Notes under the pieces: generated by a model | Told to the model about the DNA's origin: nothing | Database searches by the model: none | Seen by the model: only the letters and a program-made list of their open reading frames with translations | Shown: positions 40,180-54,587 of the stretch, piece by piece | Position numbering within the stretch: position 1 is the stretch's first letter | How the letters are laid out: each line of letters starts with the position of its first letter | Assembly (NCBI RefSeq): GCF_006345805.1 | Contig: NC_043000.1 | Span: forward strand, 82,274,001 to 82,338,000 | Source of the DNA: Octopus sinensis | Taxonomy: Eukaryota | Direction of reading: 5' to 3' | Length of the DNA stretch: 64,000 bases | Made by a program: the position numbers and the translations under genes

Positions 40180-40930
40180 TAATGTTACCTCAACTTTATT
40201 CTTAGTGCAAGTTTTGAAGAGTGCAGTTCGATTTAAATAGTTATTTTTTCAAAGCTATAATAGAAGTAGCAAAGGAGCATATTCGGCATATTTTGCTTTA
40301 TGAGTTGTAGGACAACAACGCAACAGAAAGCGCGAGGAATATCAATGCAGTATGCACGGATCGGACAATAAGCGTAAGCTAGTGTCAACGGTGGTTCCAG
40401 AAATTCCGTGTCGAAAACTACAGTCTAGAAGACGAGCCTCGTCCTGGAAGATCTGTAGAGCTCGACAAGGACGTCCTGAAAATCATGGGGGAACAAAATC
40501 CCATCGTAATTGTTGAGGTACTAGCAGAGAAGCTTGGATTTTGTCATTCACGCATTTATCGACATCTACGTGAAGAAGAAAAACAACCATCTTTGGTTTC
40601 AAGACGAAAGGTGTTCCTCCATCAGGATAATGCTCGGTCACATACAGCGAGGATGACATTCCAAAGGCTGGAGCAATTTGAATGGGAAACGATGCCCCAT
40701 TATATTCGCCGGACATTGCTCCATCTGATTATCATTTATTCCGTAGTTTTCAAAATCATTAGACGGAAAAAATATGAATTCTGCAGATGAGCTCAGAACA
40801 GTACTGGAGGAGCATTTTCGGAAGAGGGGTCTTGTAAGTCTACCAGATAGATGGAAGAGCATTTTAGAAAATGCTCCCGTAGACACATGCTGGAGACTTT
40901 TTTCCATCTTACAAGAGTAAACATGCAATA
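40180..40930 (+). mobile_element. Internally deleted mariner element
   Basis: EHIRHILLYE, QRWFQKFR..LEDEPRPGR, then directly KVFLHQDNARSHTAR..WETMPH. Confidence 0.9.
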
Positions 40931-41004
40931 TTTCTCTGCTGTTCTTTTAGCTTTACTGCGTTCGGAATTTACTTTGTGTGTGTGTGTGTCTATGCATAGA
41001 AACG

Positions 41005-41320
41005 CATGGCTTACTGGGTTGGGTATTCGGCTCATGATGGTAAGGCCTTGAGTTTGATTGTCACCTTGAGTAAAAAAAACTCTATTTCATGTTGCTCCAG
41101 TCCACTCAGCTGGCAAAAATGAGTTCTATTTGTAACAACACAAAGGGGCAGCCTTGTCACATTCTGTATCACGTTGAATCACCCCCAGAACTACATTTAG
41201 TGTACGCGTATCTGTGGAGTGCTCAACCACTTGCACGTTAATTTCACGAGAGGGCTGTTCCATTGATCGGATCAACTGGTACACACGTCGTCGTAACCGA
41301 CTGAGTGCCAGGTATGTATG
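41005..41320 (+). mobile_element. tRNA-derived SINE (second family)
   Basis: Body tttcatgttgctccagtccactcagctggcaaaaatgag; homologous to 43020-43320. Confidence 0.8.
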
Positions 41321-42243
41321 TATGTATGTTTGGTATGTCAGGTCACTTTCGAGTGCTACTGGTAACATGTAACCCAGTAAAACCCGTTGCATGGTCGGGT
41401 CGCCGACGACTAAACCGGCAACCCCACAAAGCTTGCTTGGTGAGGAGGGTGTTTATTGGACACCCTGCGGGATGAAAAACAAAACCCGTCAAAGGGCGGA
41501 GGAACTCTTGAGAGTCAACGGCCATTCAATAAATGTCTTAAGGCTGTATCATGCGCGGGGACATAGAAATAATCGGACTGAATACCCGATCGCGCGGTTA
41601 AACCATTGGGAGTGAAGGACTCCTAGCCTTTGTTAGGGCATCCTTCTAGGAGAAGCTAACTCAGGTAACAGGGATAACTCCGACATAAAAGCTGCGGCTC
41701 AGTGGTTACCGATGATGTTGACTTGTTCTTCTTTTCGGATTATGGCTGCTGTTGCTTAGTGAGTGGGATTGATTCAGTGCACAGCCTTTCCTCACTTTAA
41801 AAAAAATCTTCTTGCACAGGTATTGCACGATAACAACATTGATTAAGCTTTGTGCAATGGCCATACTCGATAACGAGGGGGCAGCCACCATGTATGTATG
41901 TATGTATGTATGTATGTATGTATGTATGTATGTATGTATGTATGTATGTATGTATGTATGTATCTGAGTAGGTGTATGTATGTGTGTGCGTATGTATCTA
42001 TCTATGTGTGCATGTATGTATGTATGTATGTATGTATGTATGTATGTATGTATGTATGTGTGTTTGCTTGTGTGTATGTAAGTTATGCAAATACCCACAA
42101 TTGGTTGTCACGGCTGCTTCATGTTTAAATAGCCCTAAAGCGTGTGTCAGCCGCGCGGCGAGGGGGTGTCGGCTATTTCCAGGAACGTTCTCATTTTTAA
42201 AGTTCATATATAGCAACTTTAACACAAACGCACGCGCTCTCCC

Positions 42244-42281
<38 letters not shown>

Positions 42282-42609
42282 TTTTTCTTTCTATCTATTT
42301 CTGCCTTTCTCTCTATATTTCTCGCTCTTTATCTATTTCTGCCTCTGTCTCTCTCTCTCTTTCTCTCTCTCTCCCTCTCTATCTCTCTCTTACACACACA
42401 CTATATACATATGGGCGCGGGCGCGCGTATCTATCTCATGCTCGTGCCATCAGTATAAACTCAGGTAAAATAGTTGCTGTTATTGTTCCTGTTGCTGCTA
42501 CTGCTGCAGTTTACCACAATGCAAGCCTTGAGCTCGCAAATCTAAGATCAAAGGCATTACAGCCTTGCAGTCATATTCTCTGGCTCTGTGTACTTTGAAC
42601 AACACTATA

Positions 42610-42666
<57 letters not shown>

Positions 42667-43019
42667 TTCGATAACTGTAGGGTGTAATTTGAGGGAGATA
42701 GGGCAGCTTTTTCCAGCAGGTCGAGCAACAAACAAAAAATTTCCCTCCTTATTGCTATAGTTAGTTGTTATGATCATGACGGTGGTGGTGGTCGTCGTCG
42801 TAGCGATGGTGGTGGTGATGGTGGTGGTGGTGTTAGTGGTGGTGGTGGTAGTGATGATGGTCCCGATTGTGACGGTGGTGGTGGAGGTGGTTGTGTTTAG
42901 TTATGATTGCAGTTATGGTGATTGTGACTGTGGTGGTGGCAAGGATGAAGATGGAGGTGGATGTGCATGTATTGGTGGTGGTTGTGATATTGGAAGAGCA
43001 AGTAGTGGTGACAGTGGTG

Positions 43020-43320
43020 TGAAGGCGCGTGGTTTAGTAGTTAGGATTTTTGACTCACGATCGTAAGGTCGTGTGTTCAATTCCCGACGGCGCATTATGT
43101 CCTTCAGCAAGACACTTTATTTCACGTTGCTCGAGTCCACTCAGCTGGCAAAAATGAGTAGTAGCTATAATTTAAAGGGATAGCCTTGTCATATTCTATG
43201 ACACGTTGAATCTCCTAGGGTACAAGTGTTTGTGGAGTGCTCAGCCACTTGCACTTTAATTTCACGAGCAAGTGAATCAACTGTAACCCTCATCGTTGTA
43301 ACCGACGGAGTGCCAGTTTT
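43020..43320 (+). mobile_element. tRNA-derived SINE (second family)
   Basis: A-box-like tggtttagtag and B-box-like gttcaattcc in a tRNA-like head, followed by the shared body. Confidence 0.85.
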
Positions 43321-44136
43321 ATTGGTGGTGGTGGTTATGGTGGTTGTAGTGGTTGCGGTGGTGGTGTTGGCGGTGTCGGTGGTGGTTGTGGTGGTGGTTC
43401 CGATGGTGATGTTTGCAACGTCGGCGGCGGTGGTAGTGGTAAGGTTAGAGGGGTGGTAGTGTTAGGAATAGTGGTGTGGAGTGGTTATGGTGATGGTGTA
43501 GGAATGGTGCTGGTGGTTTGGACGAAATACGATATCAACAGTAAAGAAACTTCACAATACACAAACAACAACTATTCAACAGGATTAATACATTTATATT
43601 TTGCTGTCTCTCGTATTTATCACACTTAACGGAGATAAACATTAACATAAATTAACATAAATGTTAATGAGGAGAACTTGAAAAGAGAAATTTGCAAATT
43701 CTTGTTACGTTTATTGTTTGTGATTAAACACAAAATTAAAATCAATGAAATTAGTGTAAGGCAAATTTAATGATAAGATAGTTAATATTGTGAGCCAGGA
43801 TAGTGTAAATAATCATAAATTACATGTATTGAGGAGAAATAATCATGAATTAAAGGTCTAATTCTGACCAAGAAAGGCAGGGGAGACAATCCTGAAATAC
43901 TAATTAAAACAATTTAAAACAAGATACAAATATTTTAGAATTATGTACGAATTTATTTTTCGTCTTTAGATTTACGCTTGCATTATTCATCTTATCCCAT
44001 AATCCCTCCAGATCCTCCTCTTTTCTCTGTTTTATCCAGTTTACAACCTGTACAACTATATTCCCTATCACCCACCCACATACATACATACATACATACA
44101 TACATACATACATACATACATACATACATACATACA

Positions 44137-44167
<31 letters not shown>

Positions 44168-44283
44168 GTATATCTACGCGCGTGTATGTATGTATGTATG
44201 TATGTATATGTAACTCATGACTGTTAACACGAAAAATAAAGAAATAGTGTGTCCTTCTCATCAATTATTATATATATAATTTG

Positions 44284-47036
44284 TTTCGACTCATATCCGC
44301 TACTGAATTTATAAAAATTCACATTTATGCATATGAATCTCCTCAGGGTAATATTTGTTCAAAAAACAGACAAAAATTCAATGCAAGGACTGCTAAATCA
44401 TAAGAGAAATTGATTTAAAATATACCTATGTAATAAAAACAAAAACAAAATTCAAATAGATAAAACAATTAAGTAAAGAAAAATTACAATAGTCATGAAA
44501 GGTTCTCATGCATCTCCAATAATATTAATCTAGAGATACTTTAATCGAAAATAATCACTGCCCATTTTATTATATAATAAGATCTATATAATATGTGAAG
44601 AATTTGTGGTGAAGTGGGAAAATATTTATTTAAAAATATTAAATACTATGATGAAAAAAATAAATAAGGATATATTTTATTCAGACACTAAATTCATTAA
44701 AAAGAATTTTAATTACCGATTCATTCCCTCAAAAGTTTCTAGTAAATTCGCCGACGTTAAACAAACGTATAAAGTTATGATTATTATAAATTATACTATT
44801 TCTTACATAAAAACGATAATAATATATAAATATATAAAGTATCAGAATTTTACTTAGTTTTACAAAAGGAAATGAATTAGAGTAAACCAATAGCTTTATT
44901 ATTCTATAATTTTTATGTGTATACAAGTTTGAAAGAACATAATATGATATATACTAAACATTATAGGGTCTACAAGAAATATTCATAACTATTCAAAAAG
45001 ATATATAATTATATGTAAAAATTATTCCAATCTTTTATTCGTACTTATATAAACATTATTCTTAGTATAATAAATAAAAGAAACAAATTTATTTAGTTTA
45101 TCAGCTGATTTTTCTCAAGTTACTGATCTAGTAGGTATATATATTCTATTTCATTTTAGTAACGAATTTCCAGGTATTAAAGGTGGACTGTATAGAGATG
45201 ACGCGCTGTCTTTGATTAATAGTCTATCAAATAAGAAATTAGATTTGTATGAGAAAAATTGCATATTTAAAAAAATATTTGGTTTATCTATTTCTATTGA
45301 AAATGGACATGATTCTGTTAATTATTTAGATGTTAATCTGAATCTTGTTACTGGGCAATATAACCCATATCATAAACCAAACAACAATTTGAAATATATT
45401 AACTTTAATAGTAATCAACCTAAGGCAATTACATGAACTTTAGTTAATAATATTTCGTGGCGTGTTTCATATTTATCATCTAATGAGGAAATCGTTAACA
45501 ACAATGCAGAATATCATAATGTCGCCCTTAGAAAAAGCGAGATATATGCATAGGATTGTATATTGTAATAAAAATGAAGACTATAAAAAATATTATTATA
45601 GTAATGATAAGTCGGTTGACAATGGAATGTGTGGATCTAATAGTAGAGATGTGAGTAATAAAATTAAAATTAATAAATCTCATAAAATTATAAATAGTAA
45701 TAAGGTCGGTGAGATAATTAAATAAATTAACCATTACACGATCTAAAGATAACCTAAGAGTGGAATGAAATATGGTATAAATGTATGTTTTAAATCAATA
45801 CCAATAGCGTAGATATGCTAACCCTAGATTATGATAATAATGATGTTATTCACAATAAGGATAATACTAATATTAATAGTAGAATAAGAAAAAGTGTAGT
45901 AATTATGATATTCTATATGAAAGCAGCTTTAAAATTAAAACTAAAAAGTATAGCCCTAATGCAGCCTTTGATAGACTTAATATTGCTAATTCTATAAATG
46001 ATAATGATATTTGGTTTATTATTCCTTATGCAAGACAAATAGAAAGTAATTTGGTTAAGCTTTTTTATAGATCTATATCTAAGCATTTTAATAAAGAAAA
46101 TAAAAATAATAAAACAATTAATAATAAAAAGATCAGAATTGGTTTTTCAGTATCTAAAAATTTGTTTAGAATCATTTCTTCAATTAATAACAAAAAATTA
46201 GACATTTAAAAAAAAATAATAAAAATAGTAATAATTCTGTTACTGATAACTATGTCGCTAGAACTTGTGGTTGTATATTTAAGGATAAATGTTATTTCAA
46301 TAATTTCTATATGCAAAATAATCTTGTATATAGATGTAGAGTTGAATCTGAATGGAAAACTTATTTCTACACTAAATTCAACTGAAAATTGTATTAAAAA
46401 ACGAATTGCAAATCATGAATATACATTTAGGAACAGGTATATGTTGAACAGTACCAGTTTACGTAAGTATATATGGAAGTTAAAAGATGGTACGAAATTA
46501 TACAACGTTAAATGGCAAATACTTAATCATGCTAGATCTTATAAAATTGCTAATAATAGTATAACTTATGTGTGGATGAAATATACCAAATTTTAACATC
46601 AAAAAAGAAACTTCATAATGACAGACGTGAACGTGTTTTAGCTTGTAAACACCATTCTAAATATGTGTTTAGAAAATATTATTAAGTGTATTATTTCAAA
46701 GATTATATCTAATAAATTTTTTTTTATTAAAGATACATTTATATATACAATATATGTATATGTATGTGTATGTAGCTATATGTATGCATATGTGTGGGTA
46801 TGTATATATATATGTACATATATATATATGTCTGTATGTGTGTATGTGTGTAGGTGTATATATATATATATGTATTATTGTGTATCTATGTGTAATCATG
46901 CGTGTATATATATATGATGTATGTATGTATATATGCATGTGTATTGTATGTGTATGTATATATATATTTATATATATAAGTGTGTGTGTATATGTATATC
47001 TATGTGTCTGTATGTATACATATTTATATGTGTATT

Positions 47037-47092
<56 letters not shown>

Positions 47093-47172
47093 ATTGTGTA
47101 CATCTGACTATATGTATGGTTATATATGTATGTGTTTTTGAATTTTATGGTTTATGTGCGTGTATGTATATA

Positions 47173-47208
<36 letters not shown>

Positions 47209-47865
47209 TGTATGTATGTATGTATGTGCGTGTATCTATATGTATGTATGTGCATGTATATGTATAAGGCCGTATCTTAGGATGTATGTATGCATATGCA
47301 TACATACATTAGTATATATCATTATATTATGTTCTTTCAAACTTGTATACACATAAACATCATAGAATGATAAGGCTATTGGTTTACTCTCATTTATTTC
47401 CTACTGTAAAACTAAGTAAAATTCTGATACTTTATATATTTATATGTTATCTTTTCTATAAAGAAATAGTATAGTTTATAATAAACGTAACTTTATGCGT
47501 TTGTTTAATGTCGACGAATTTAGTAGAAACTTTTGAGTGAATGAATCGTTGATTAAAATATCTTTAGATTAATATTATTGCAATTGAATAAGAACAGTTT
47601 ATGACTGTTGTAATTCATTTGTTTACTTAATAATTTTATCTATTTTAATTTTGTAGGTTTTTTTACTATATTTAATTTATTTTTGAATTATTAACACTAA
47701 CGCTGGTAAATATAATTATATTTTGAATAAATATCTCTTATGATTTAGCAGTCCTTGCATGGAATTTTTGTCAGATTTTTGAACAAATATTACCCTGAGG
47801 AGACTCATATACATAAATGTGAATTTTTATAAATTCAGTAGCGGATGAGTCGAAATATATTGCTG
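44284..47865 (+). mobile_element. Penelope-like element (GLYRDD RT plus GIY-YIG) flanked by long inverted pseudo-LTRs
   Basis: GGLYRDDAL, NYLDVNLNL..YHKPNNNLKYI, IWFIIPY, IKKRIANH..NSTSLRKYIWKLK. 44284-~44960 is an inverted copy of ~47305-47856. Confidence 0.88.
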
Positions 47866-47866
47866 G
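47791..47866 (+). ncRNA. Hammerhead motif with long stem II loop in the PLE pseudo-LTR
   Basis: CTGAGGA-GACTCAT-(36-nt loop)-ATGAGTC-GAAA-TATAT-T: canonical core and palindromic stem III ATATAT; stem I has a mismatch. Confidence 0.6.
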
Positions 47867-48240
47867 ATTTATATTTTTTTAATTTATAATTGTTTTAATT
47901 TTTTGTTATATTATGTTATATTATATTATATTATATTATATTATATTATATTAAATTATATCATATTATATTATATTATGTTATATTATATCTTTTCATA
48001 GTATAATTATATTATATTATAACGTAAATAAACTTTTGATATGCCAATTGCATTTCTTTATTTCCTTTGATATTTGTATATTGTAATTATACCATTTTAT
48101 TTGTGGTATTCAACTGAAGTACCAGTGAAAATTAGGTGTTTTCCATCCCTTTGAAGGGAATCGTTTTTCCTTGGTTTGATATATATTATATGTATAAAAG
48201 AGAGTTTGTGTGTGTGCGTGTGTATGTGTGTGTGTGTGTA

Positions 48241-48282
<42 letters not shown>

Positions 48283-48699
48283 TGCGTATGTTCCTTATGC
48301 AATCCAAAGCCGAGTTGCCGAGTTGCCGATTTTGACGTATGGAGTATCAAAAGATTCAGTTGGCTTTTGGCTACCAACTAAACTATATTTTCATTCACAT
48401 ATTTGCATTACAAAAATTTAACATTGTCATTTTTATTTTAGTCACCTATTGTAAACGACATTTTATGTCACCACCACAACGACAATGATGGTACATTTTC
48501 TATATGAGTTTGTTCGCGCGTTCGTTACCTATGTTAGGCCGATGACTGATAAGTATATGTGTGTGACGGTGTATATGTCTGCCAGTATACATTTTTGTGA
48601 CGAGCGAGACACACAGGGACAGAGATAGGCTTCAGGTGTGCGTTAATGTGTGAGTGTATCTTAGTTTATGTATGTAACTTTCTCTCGCCCAACAGCGAA

Positions 48700-49480
48700 A
48701 CACACCGATATAGAAATTTTAGTTGCGGCCTGGACTTTCAACGAACAACAACGTTCACTTTGAAGTACTACCAACATGAAGATGTGGCTGATTTAACACC
48801 ACTCACAATACTTGCAAATATATCTGAGAAAAAATGCCATTCTGGTTATTGTAACAAATTCGGAAACTTGGCGAAGTAAAACACCTCATTAGCTCTTTCA
48901 GCATAATTACAGAAATGTTATTCCACTCCTTCTAATCAGTTTCAAGATAATGTTTTTATTAACAGTCCTTGTATTCTTCATCACTGTCTGTATCAAAGTC
49001 GCACAACCTTTTTACTGCGTTAGCCAGTATTTATTTTACAGCCTATAACGTTACACAGTTAAAAAATATGTAGTAATGTCAAATATATTTTGCTACATAA
49101 ATCCTTCAGCAAATATTTTAAATTAACATTATAACAACAGCATCTTCCTTTCTATACACTTTATTCAGCGTTTGTTTCAAAATTGTAAAATAAATTATTT
49201 TTGTATTAACAATTGAATTATACCTTCTAAATTTTCTTGGACTTTCACTTTTTTCACCGTGATATTCAATCGTGAATTTTATAACATTTAGTACATGTTC
49301 CAAATAAATGTTGACTTTCTGCATTTTGTTACGTTGGTGACGCAGAGTCATTTTTGCTAAATTGGTGACTTTCCATCTTTTTGTAGCATAACTATGCTAC
49401 AGAAAGTATGTTTTGCACCTATATTGACTACACTTCGTTTTGCTTGAACTTCGTATGTGTACATTTTGCTGTTTTCAGTA
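48700..49480 (-). mobile_element. Possible hAT remnant
   Basis: Minus strand VKRLCDFDTDSDEEYKD resembles the LK.FC.F...EY segment preceding the hAT TRW motif; weak. Confidence 0.35.
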
Positions 49481-49559
49481 TTATCAATTCTATAAGTGTG
49501 TGTTTCTGCATTCCTTACATCTATAGTAAACTATAGTAAAGAACATTTTACACTGTTTT

Positions 49560-49850
49560 AATGAGTCCACATCTAATGATGTAGCCATCCTTATGGTTGG
49601 TGATCGCCACGAAAATCATGATATTTTCATTCGTGTTCGGGATAACAACCTTAAACGTGTTTCACAGACTCATCCGTTTTATCATGCTCTCCAGTATACT
49701 CTTATTCTGTGGGATGGACAAGATGGGTATCATTTTAATATTCCAAGGATTGAACCCGCAACGGGATAGCCATTTACAAACAAGAAGTTGTCGTCAAAGG
49801 ACTTCTATTCTTACCAACTGATGTTATGACTAGAACAATCAAATCAATTA
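49560..49850 (+). mobile_element. Helitron RepHel fragment
   Basis: NDVAILMVGD..HDIFIRVRDNNLKRVSQTHPFYHALQYTLILWDGQDGYHFNI..KKLSSKDFYSYQLM matches the Helitron Rep-associated region. Confidence 0.88.
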
Positions 49851-51739
49851 CCCATGTCAAATAAACTTTATTTTCATTTAAATATTTTCTATGTTATTTC
49901 AATAACCTGCCATTGTTTTTCAAATACACTTCTCTACAATGACCAGGTTTCATTACAAAATGAAAATGGTTTCACACTTTCCATTTGAACCAAAATTACA
50001 AAGTGTTGCATTGCAAGAGTGACGGTGTGTGAATAATGAAAGTAATGTTTCTCCGAATTAATCACAACTGTATTATAATAAAAAAAAAAAGCTGCTTATT
50101 ATCTATCTACCAAATAAACTATGTTTTTGACTCAACAACTCTTTTTTACAACTAAAATAACCTCGGCAACTACGTTGGGTCGCACAATTTTCAGGTCATA
50201 TTCGGACAATATTTCGATTTGCTTCTAATGTTACACTTTCCTCCGATGTTTCACGCACACGAAGAATTCTACTCAGACAAACATTTATGAAAATGTACGC
50301 ATAAATATTGTATTAAAATAAGCCACAACCCAAAAAAGAAATTGCATTAAAAGACATCTATTTTTCTGTGTCATGAGGAAATGCAGTCACACACATACAC
50401 ACACACACACACACACCACACACACACACACATGCTCTCTCTTTCTCTCTCTCTCATGCATAAAAATGATGTATGCATATGTATTTATGGGCGAAGGTAA
50501 AGAATATACACTTCCGATGTTTAAGGTTAGGGTTGCTCCGAAAATGAGTGGTGTGCGTATTCTTTACATCCGCTATGTACGTGTGTATGCAAGATAATAT
50601 GAGAGAGAGAGAGAGAGAGAGCGAGAGATAGATAGGGCGAGTGAGTGCCACTTACACATACATACAAATACATTCATACATCACAACACACACCTTCACT
50701 CACTCACTCTCTCTTTCTCCCTCTCACACACACGTCCATTTCATATACACGTACATCTTACACTTTCCCCTCTCTTTTACTTTCTCCTCTCACTTTAAAG
50801 TAAATGTTGCCTTTTCACTTTCTCCTCTCTTTCAATTTCTGCTCTCTTCAAAGCATACAGAAATTAAAACAATTTTACGGAAATTAACAAACAATCATAT
50901 GATCCCATATATGTCGAGTCGGCACCTTTGCTTCTTCAAACGAAAGAATGCCATAAAATAACTTCTTTTGACACACATACTCACACTCTAGGTAAAACTT
51001 CCGTGTGAATTGTGTTATTTCTTGCAGTGTGCACGCGCAAATTTACAGCTCAAATCTAACTGAAATGATCTTTTTCTGTTGGGTAATTTGTGCTTATGAT
51101 GAGCATATTTAAAAACATGATCTTCGAAATAAACTTAAAAGGAAGTTTCCCCAGAAATCCAGTCCTTTATCTCTTCTTTCTAGCATATCCGATGTGACAT
51201 TTCTGTCCTCAACCCTTATTTTTAAAAATTTCTTCCGACTCTTATGCTTGCAATACAGGAGATTACGATTTCACCCACAAAATACGTTCTCAATATTTTA
51301 ATTTTCTCCCTCTCCACACCAAATTCATTTTTTACTGTTTTCAATTTTTTAGCCTTGGTAATACATGGAGAAAAAACAGAAAGCATGAATTTTTAAGAAT
51401 TGTACCCATCACCTTACCACTTTCAAAAGGTTACACACTCCCAATGTTTCACTTTTAGCTTTTTGGATAACGGGGAAGTTTCTTCAGAAATAATATCGTT
51501 TACCTGTCGGGTTTTCTGGCGGTGGTCTGGTATTTTTTAAGTTTACTATTTCAGTAGAATTCTACGCATGCAGGAAACATCAACCAAAAGTGAAAGAGTG
51601 GGAGATTTTAGCTTTTTGAAAGCTGGTAGGTGATGGGTGGGCGAGGTGGAGGAAGGGACAGCGAGTGTTTCTTTAAGAAAAATTAAACTATAAAAAATGT
51701 ATATGCATATATATATGTATGTATATATATATATATATA

Positions 51740-51975
51740 TATAACGGGAAGGTTTACGAACATAAACAAAAGACGAAGGCAGGTTTACGAAAATAAACAA
51801 AAGACGAAGGCAGGTGGAGTACAAACAAACAAATGTATTAGTATGGCTCTCAGGAATAGAAATAGAACAAGTCTTTTACGTTTCGAGCCTACGCTCTTCG
51901 ACAGAAAGATATACAGAAAAGAAACAAGGAGAGAAAAAAATGCGTGTAGGAGCTAACGGTCCATTATGGCGTTCC
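51740..51975 (-). mobile_element. Copy of the hammerhead-variant element, with an internal ~31-bp tandem duplication
   Basis: Homologous to 17745-17950; abuts (TA)n. Confidence 0.75.
51872..51909 (-). ncRNA. Minimal type I hammerhead-like motif with non-canonical core
   Basis: Minus strand TCTTT-CTGTCGA-A-GAGC(GTAG)GCTC-GAAAC-GTA-AAAGA. Confidence 0.55.
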
Positions 51976-52014
51976 ATATATATATCCCAGATTCGTAATC
52001 TCTGTATTTTTCTA

Positions 52015-52350
52015 CATAGATAACAAAAAATTCGAAAAAAGAAGTTACAAATTAAGAAACTGCGGTGGGGATGGGAGAAATTTAGATATTGAAAACGTGA
52101 TTTCTGGACAAAATCGTATTAATCCCCCTTTATACGATGAAATAAGACATAGTTTCTGATCCTTCTTAAGAACAAAAAGCACTTTCATGCAAATTGTGCG
52201 CTCGCCTTTCATTATTAAACAAACAATAACTTCCATTATTTCATTAACTATATATCAACTGTGCCGATTCTGCCCATAAGAAGGAAGCAAATAATACAAT
52301 GTACTTGTGTAGGTCATAACGGCCGGGCAACGCCGGGATTCATTGCTAGT
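52015..52350 (+). mobile_element. Non-autonomous Helitron 3' end
   Basis: GC-rich subterminal hairpin ccgggcaacgccggg followed 8 nt later by CTAG|T. The 5' boundary is uncertain. Confidence 0.7.
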
Positions 52351-52365
52351 GTATATGTATGTGTG

Positions 52366-52420
<55 letters not shown>

Positions 52421-52890
52421 GATAGAGAGAGAGAAATATAGATATTGATACATACACATGTATATGTGTGTATGCAAGCATGTATGTATGTATGCATACA
52501 TGTATGTATGTATGCATGCATGCATATATGCATACATGTATGTATGTATGCATGTATGTATGTATGTATACATGTATGTATGTATGTATGTATGTATGTA
52601 TGTATGTATACATGTATGTATGTTTGCATGTGGTGTCGCAGTGTCCAAACAGGTTTTAATGCTTATCCATATTGTCAAAATAGGCAGACGGATAGAAAGC
52701 CTCCTCATTCATTTTGAGATGCTGTCTTCTGAGGTTAAACATTGTCATGTGATTCTACGTTGAAACACAAGGAATTACAGCTAAAATTGATGTCTTCCAT
52801 AATTCAATCAAGAATTTACTGGTTCACGAACAGAATCAATAAAGCTCAGCTGAAAAACAATAACGACAAGCCCCAACAACAACAACAACA

Positions 52891-52944
<54 letters not shown>

Positions 52945-53213
52945 ACAACTACGACTACTACTACTATTATAGTGGAATACATGATGAATGCGGTGGTGAT
53001 GGCTATGATGTTGATGATGCTAAAGGTGTTTGTGAAAGTGATGGGAGTGTAAGGTGGTGGTGGGGTGTTAGGTGATGGCGGTATTGGTCTTGGGTTGGAG
53101 TCCTTGATCAAGCAGTGCGTTCAGTACCTTAACAAGTCATTTCAATTCACATTGTTCCAGTCAGTTCAACTAACAATTAGTATCAACTCAATGCTTCCTT
53201 GCCTCTCACCTCA

Positions 53214-53249
<36 letters not shown>

Positions 53250-53309
53250 GCCTTCTATCTCTGAATGGGTCAACTCTCGACTATATTGGTTTCAAATTTT
53301 GACACAATG

Positions 53310-53790
53310 CTAGCAAGTTCGAGGGAGGTGGGTAAGTCGATTACATCGATCCGAGTGTTCAACTGGTATTTATTTTATTAACCCTCAAAGGATGAAAAGC
53401 AAAGTCGGCATCGGCGAAATTTGAACTAGGAGCGTAAACACAAACGAAATACCGCTATGCATTTCTCCCGGTGTACTAACGATTTTACCAGCTCACGCCT
53501 TTATGTCGTCAAATATTGATTTCACATTTTGGTACAAGACCAGCAGTTTCGAGGAAGCGGGTAAGTCAAATACTGCTCAACTCGTACTTATTTTATTGAC
53601 CTCCGAAAGATGAAAAGCAAAGACGACCCCGGTGGCATTTAAACTCAGATCGTAAAGTTGGAAGAAATACCACAAAGCAATTTTTCCGGTATGCTAAAGA
53701 TTCTACCAGCTTTAAGTCATGACGTCGACAAACACCCTCCCAGAAAGATTGTAGACTTTGGACGTAAATTAGAAACAATTCTCAATGTTG
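53310..53790 (-). mobile_element. Cluster of tandem tRNA-derived SINEs
   Basis: Repeated reverse complement of the 7614-type SINE (gatgaaaagcaaag..atttgaact / atttaaact). Confidence 0.8.
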
Positions 53791-54415
53791 ATAGTTGTGT
53801 TAGTAGTGGTGCGTGGTGCTAGCGTTTTTCCATGGACAGGATTTCAACTCAGAATACACAGAGCGGCAACAAGCACCGCAAAGTATTCTGTCCGGCGCGC
53901 TATCAATCCTGGCAGGTCACTGCCATGGACTAGTACTTTATTTATTTATTTATTTATTTTTTCTGTCGACTTAGTCTTTCATCTATTCAGGGGTCAGTCA
54001 AATACTCAGGCCGATAAAATCTAGTAAGCCACTCATCTCGAAAATATTGGCTTTCTGCCTGATTTAGAAACAAAACATTATTAATTTTCATCCGTGTTTC
54101 CCACCGTGCTGATTCCTTTAAAAGTGAGCAATAACTATCAACCTAATGTATGTTATAAGATTAACAGTAGAGTATTTTGTTTTCCCTTCTCAATATTCTG
54201 CTGGTTCACAGCGGAAAATATACAGTAAATAAATGAAATATTCAAAAACAAAAATAAAAAGTAAAAGTAATACAACCAAGTGAAAACATTGTCTTTTGGT
54301 TACGATCCAAATATTTTGTTGGATCTACGCAGGAATATCTTGGAACTTTTCAATAAATTACCACACCCTCTACCTTGTAAATAAACATTATTGGATTTAT
54401 TAAATACTAGACACA

Positions 54416-54537
54416 TAGGCGCAGGAATGGCTGTATGGTTAAGAAAAATTCTTTGCAATCACTTTGATATCGGTTCAATCCAAGAGATGTAGCCTTGAGT
54501 TGTCTAAAGCTTTTCGGTGGAACATAGTAGATGGAAA

Positions 54538-54587
<50 letters not shown>

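Noticed and set aside
43020-43095. tRNA gene
   Set aside because: A/B boxes are present but the cloverleaf is imperfect and runs into a repeated SINE body; it is a SINE head.
48694-48879. Acceptor ttctctcgcccaacag followed by an open frame (ORF 48646-48879)
   Set aside because: Weak donor, unrecognised peptide, and overlap with a probable minus-strand hAT remnant.
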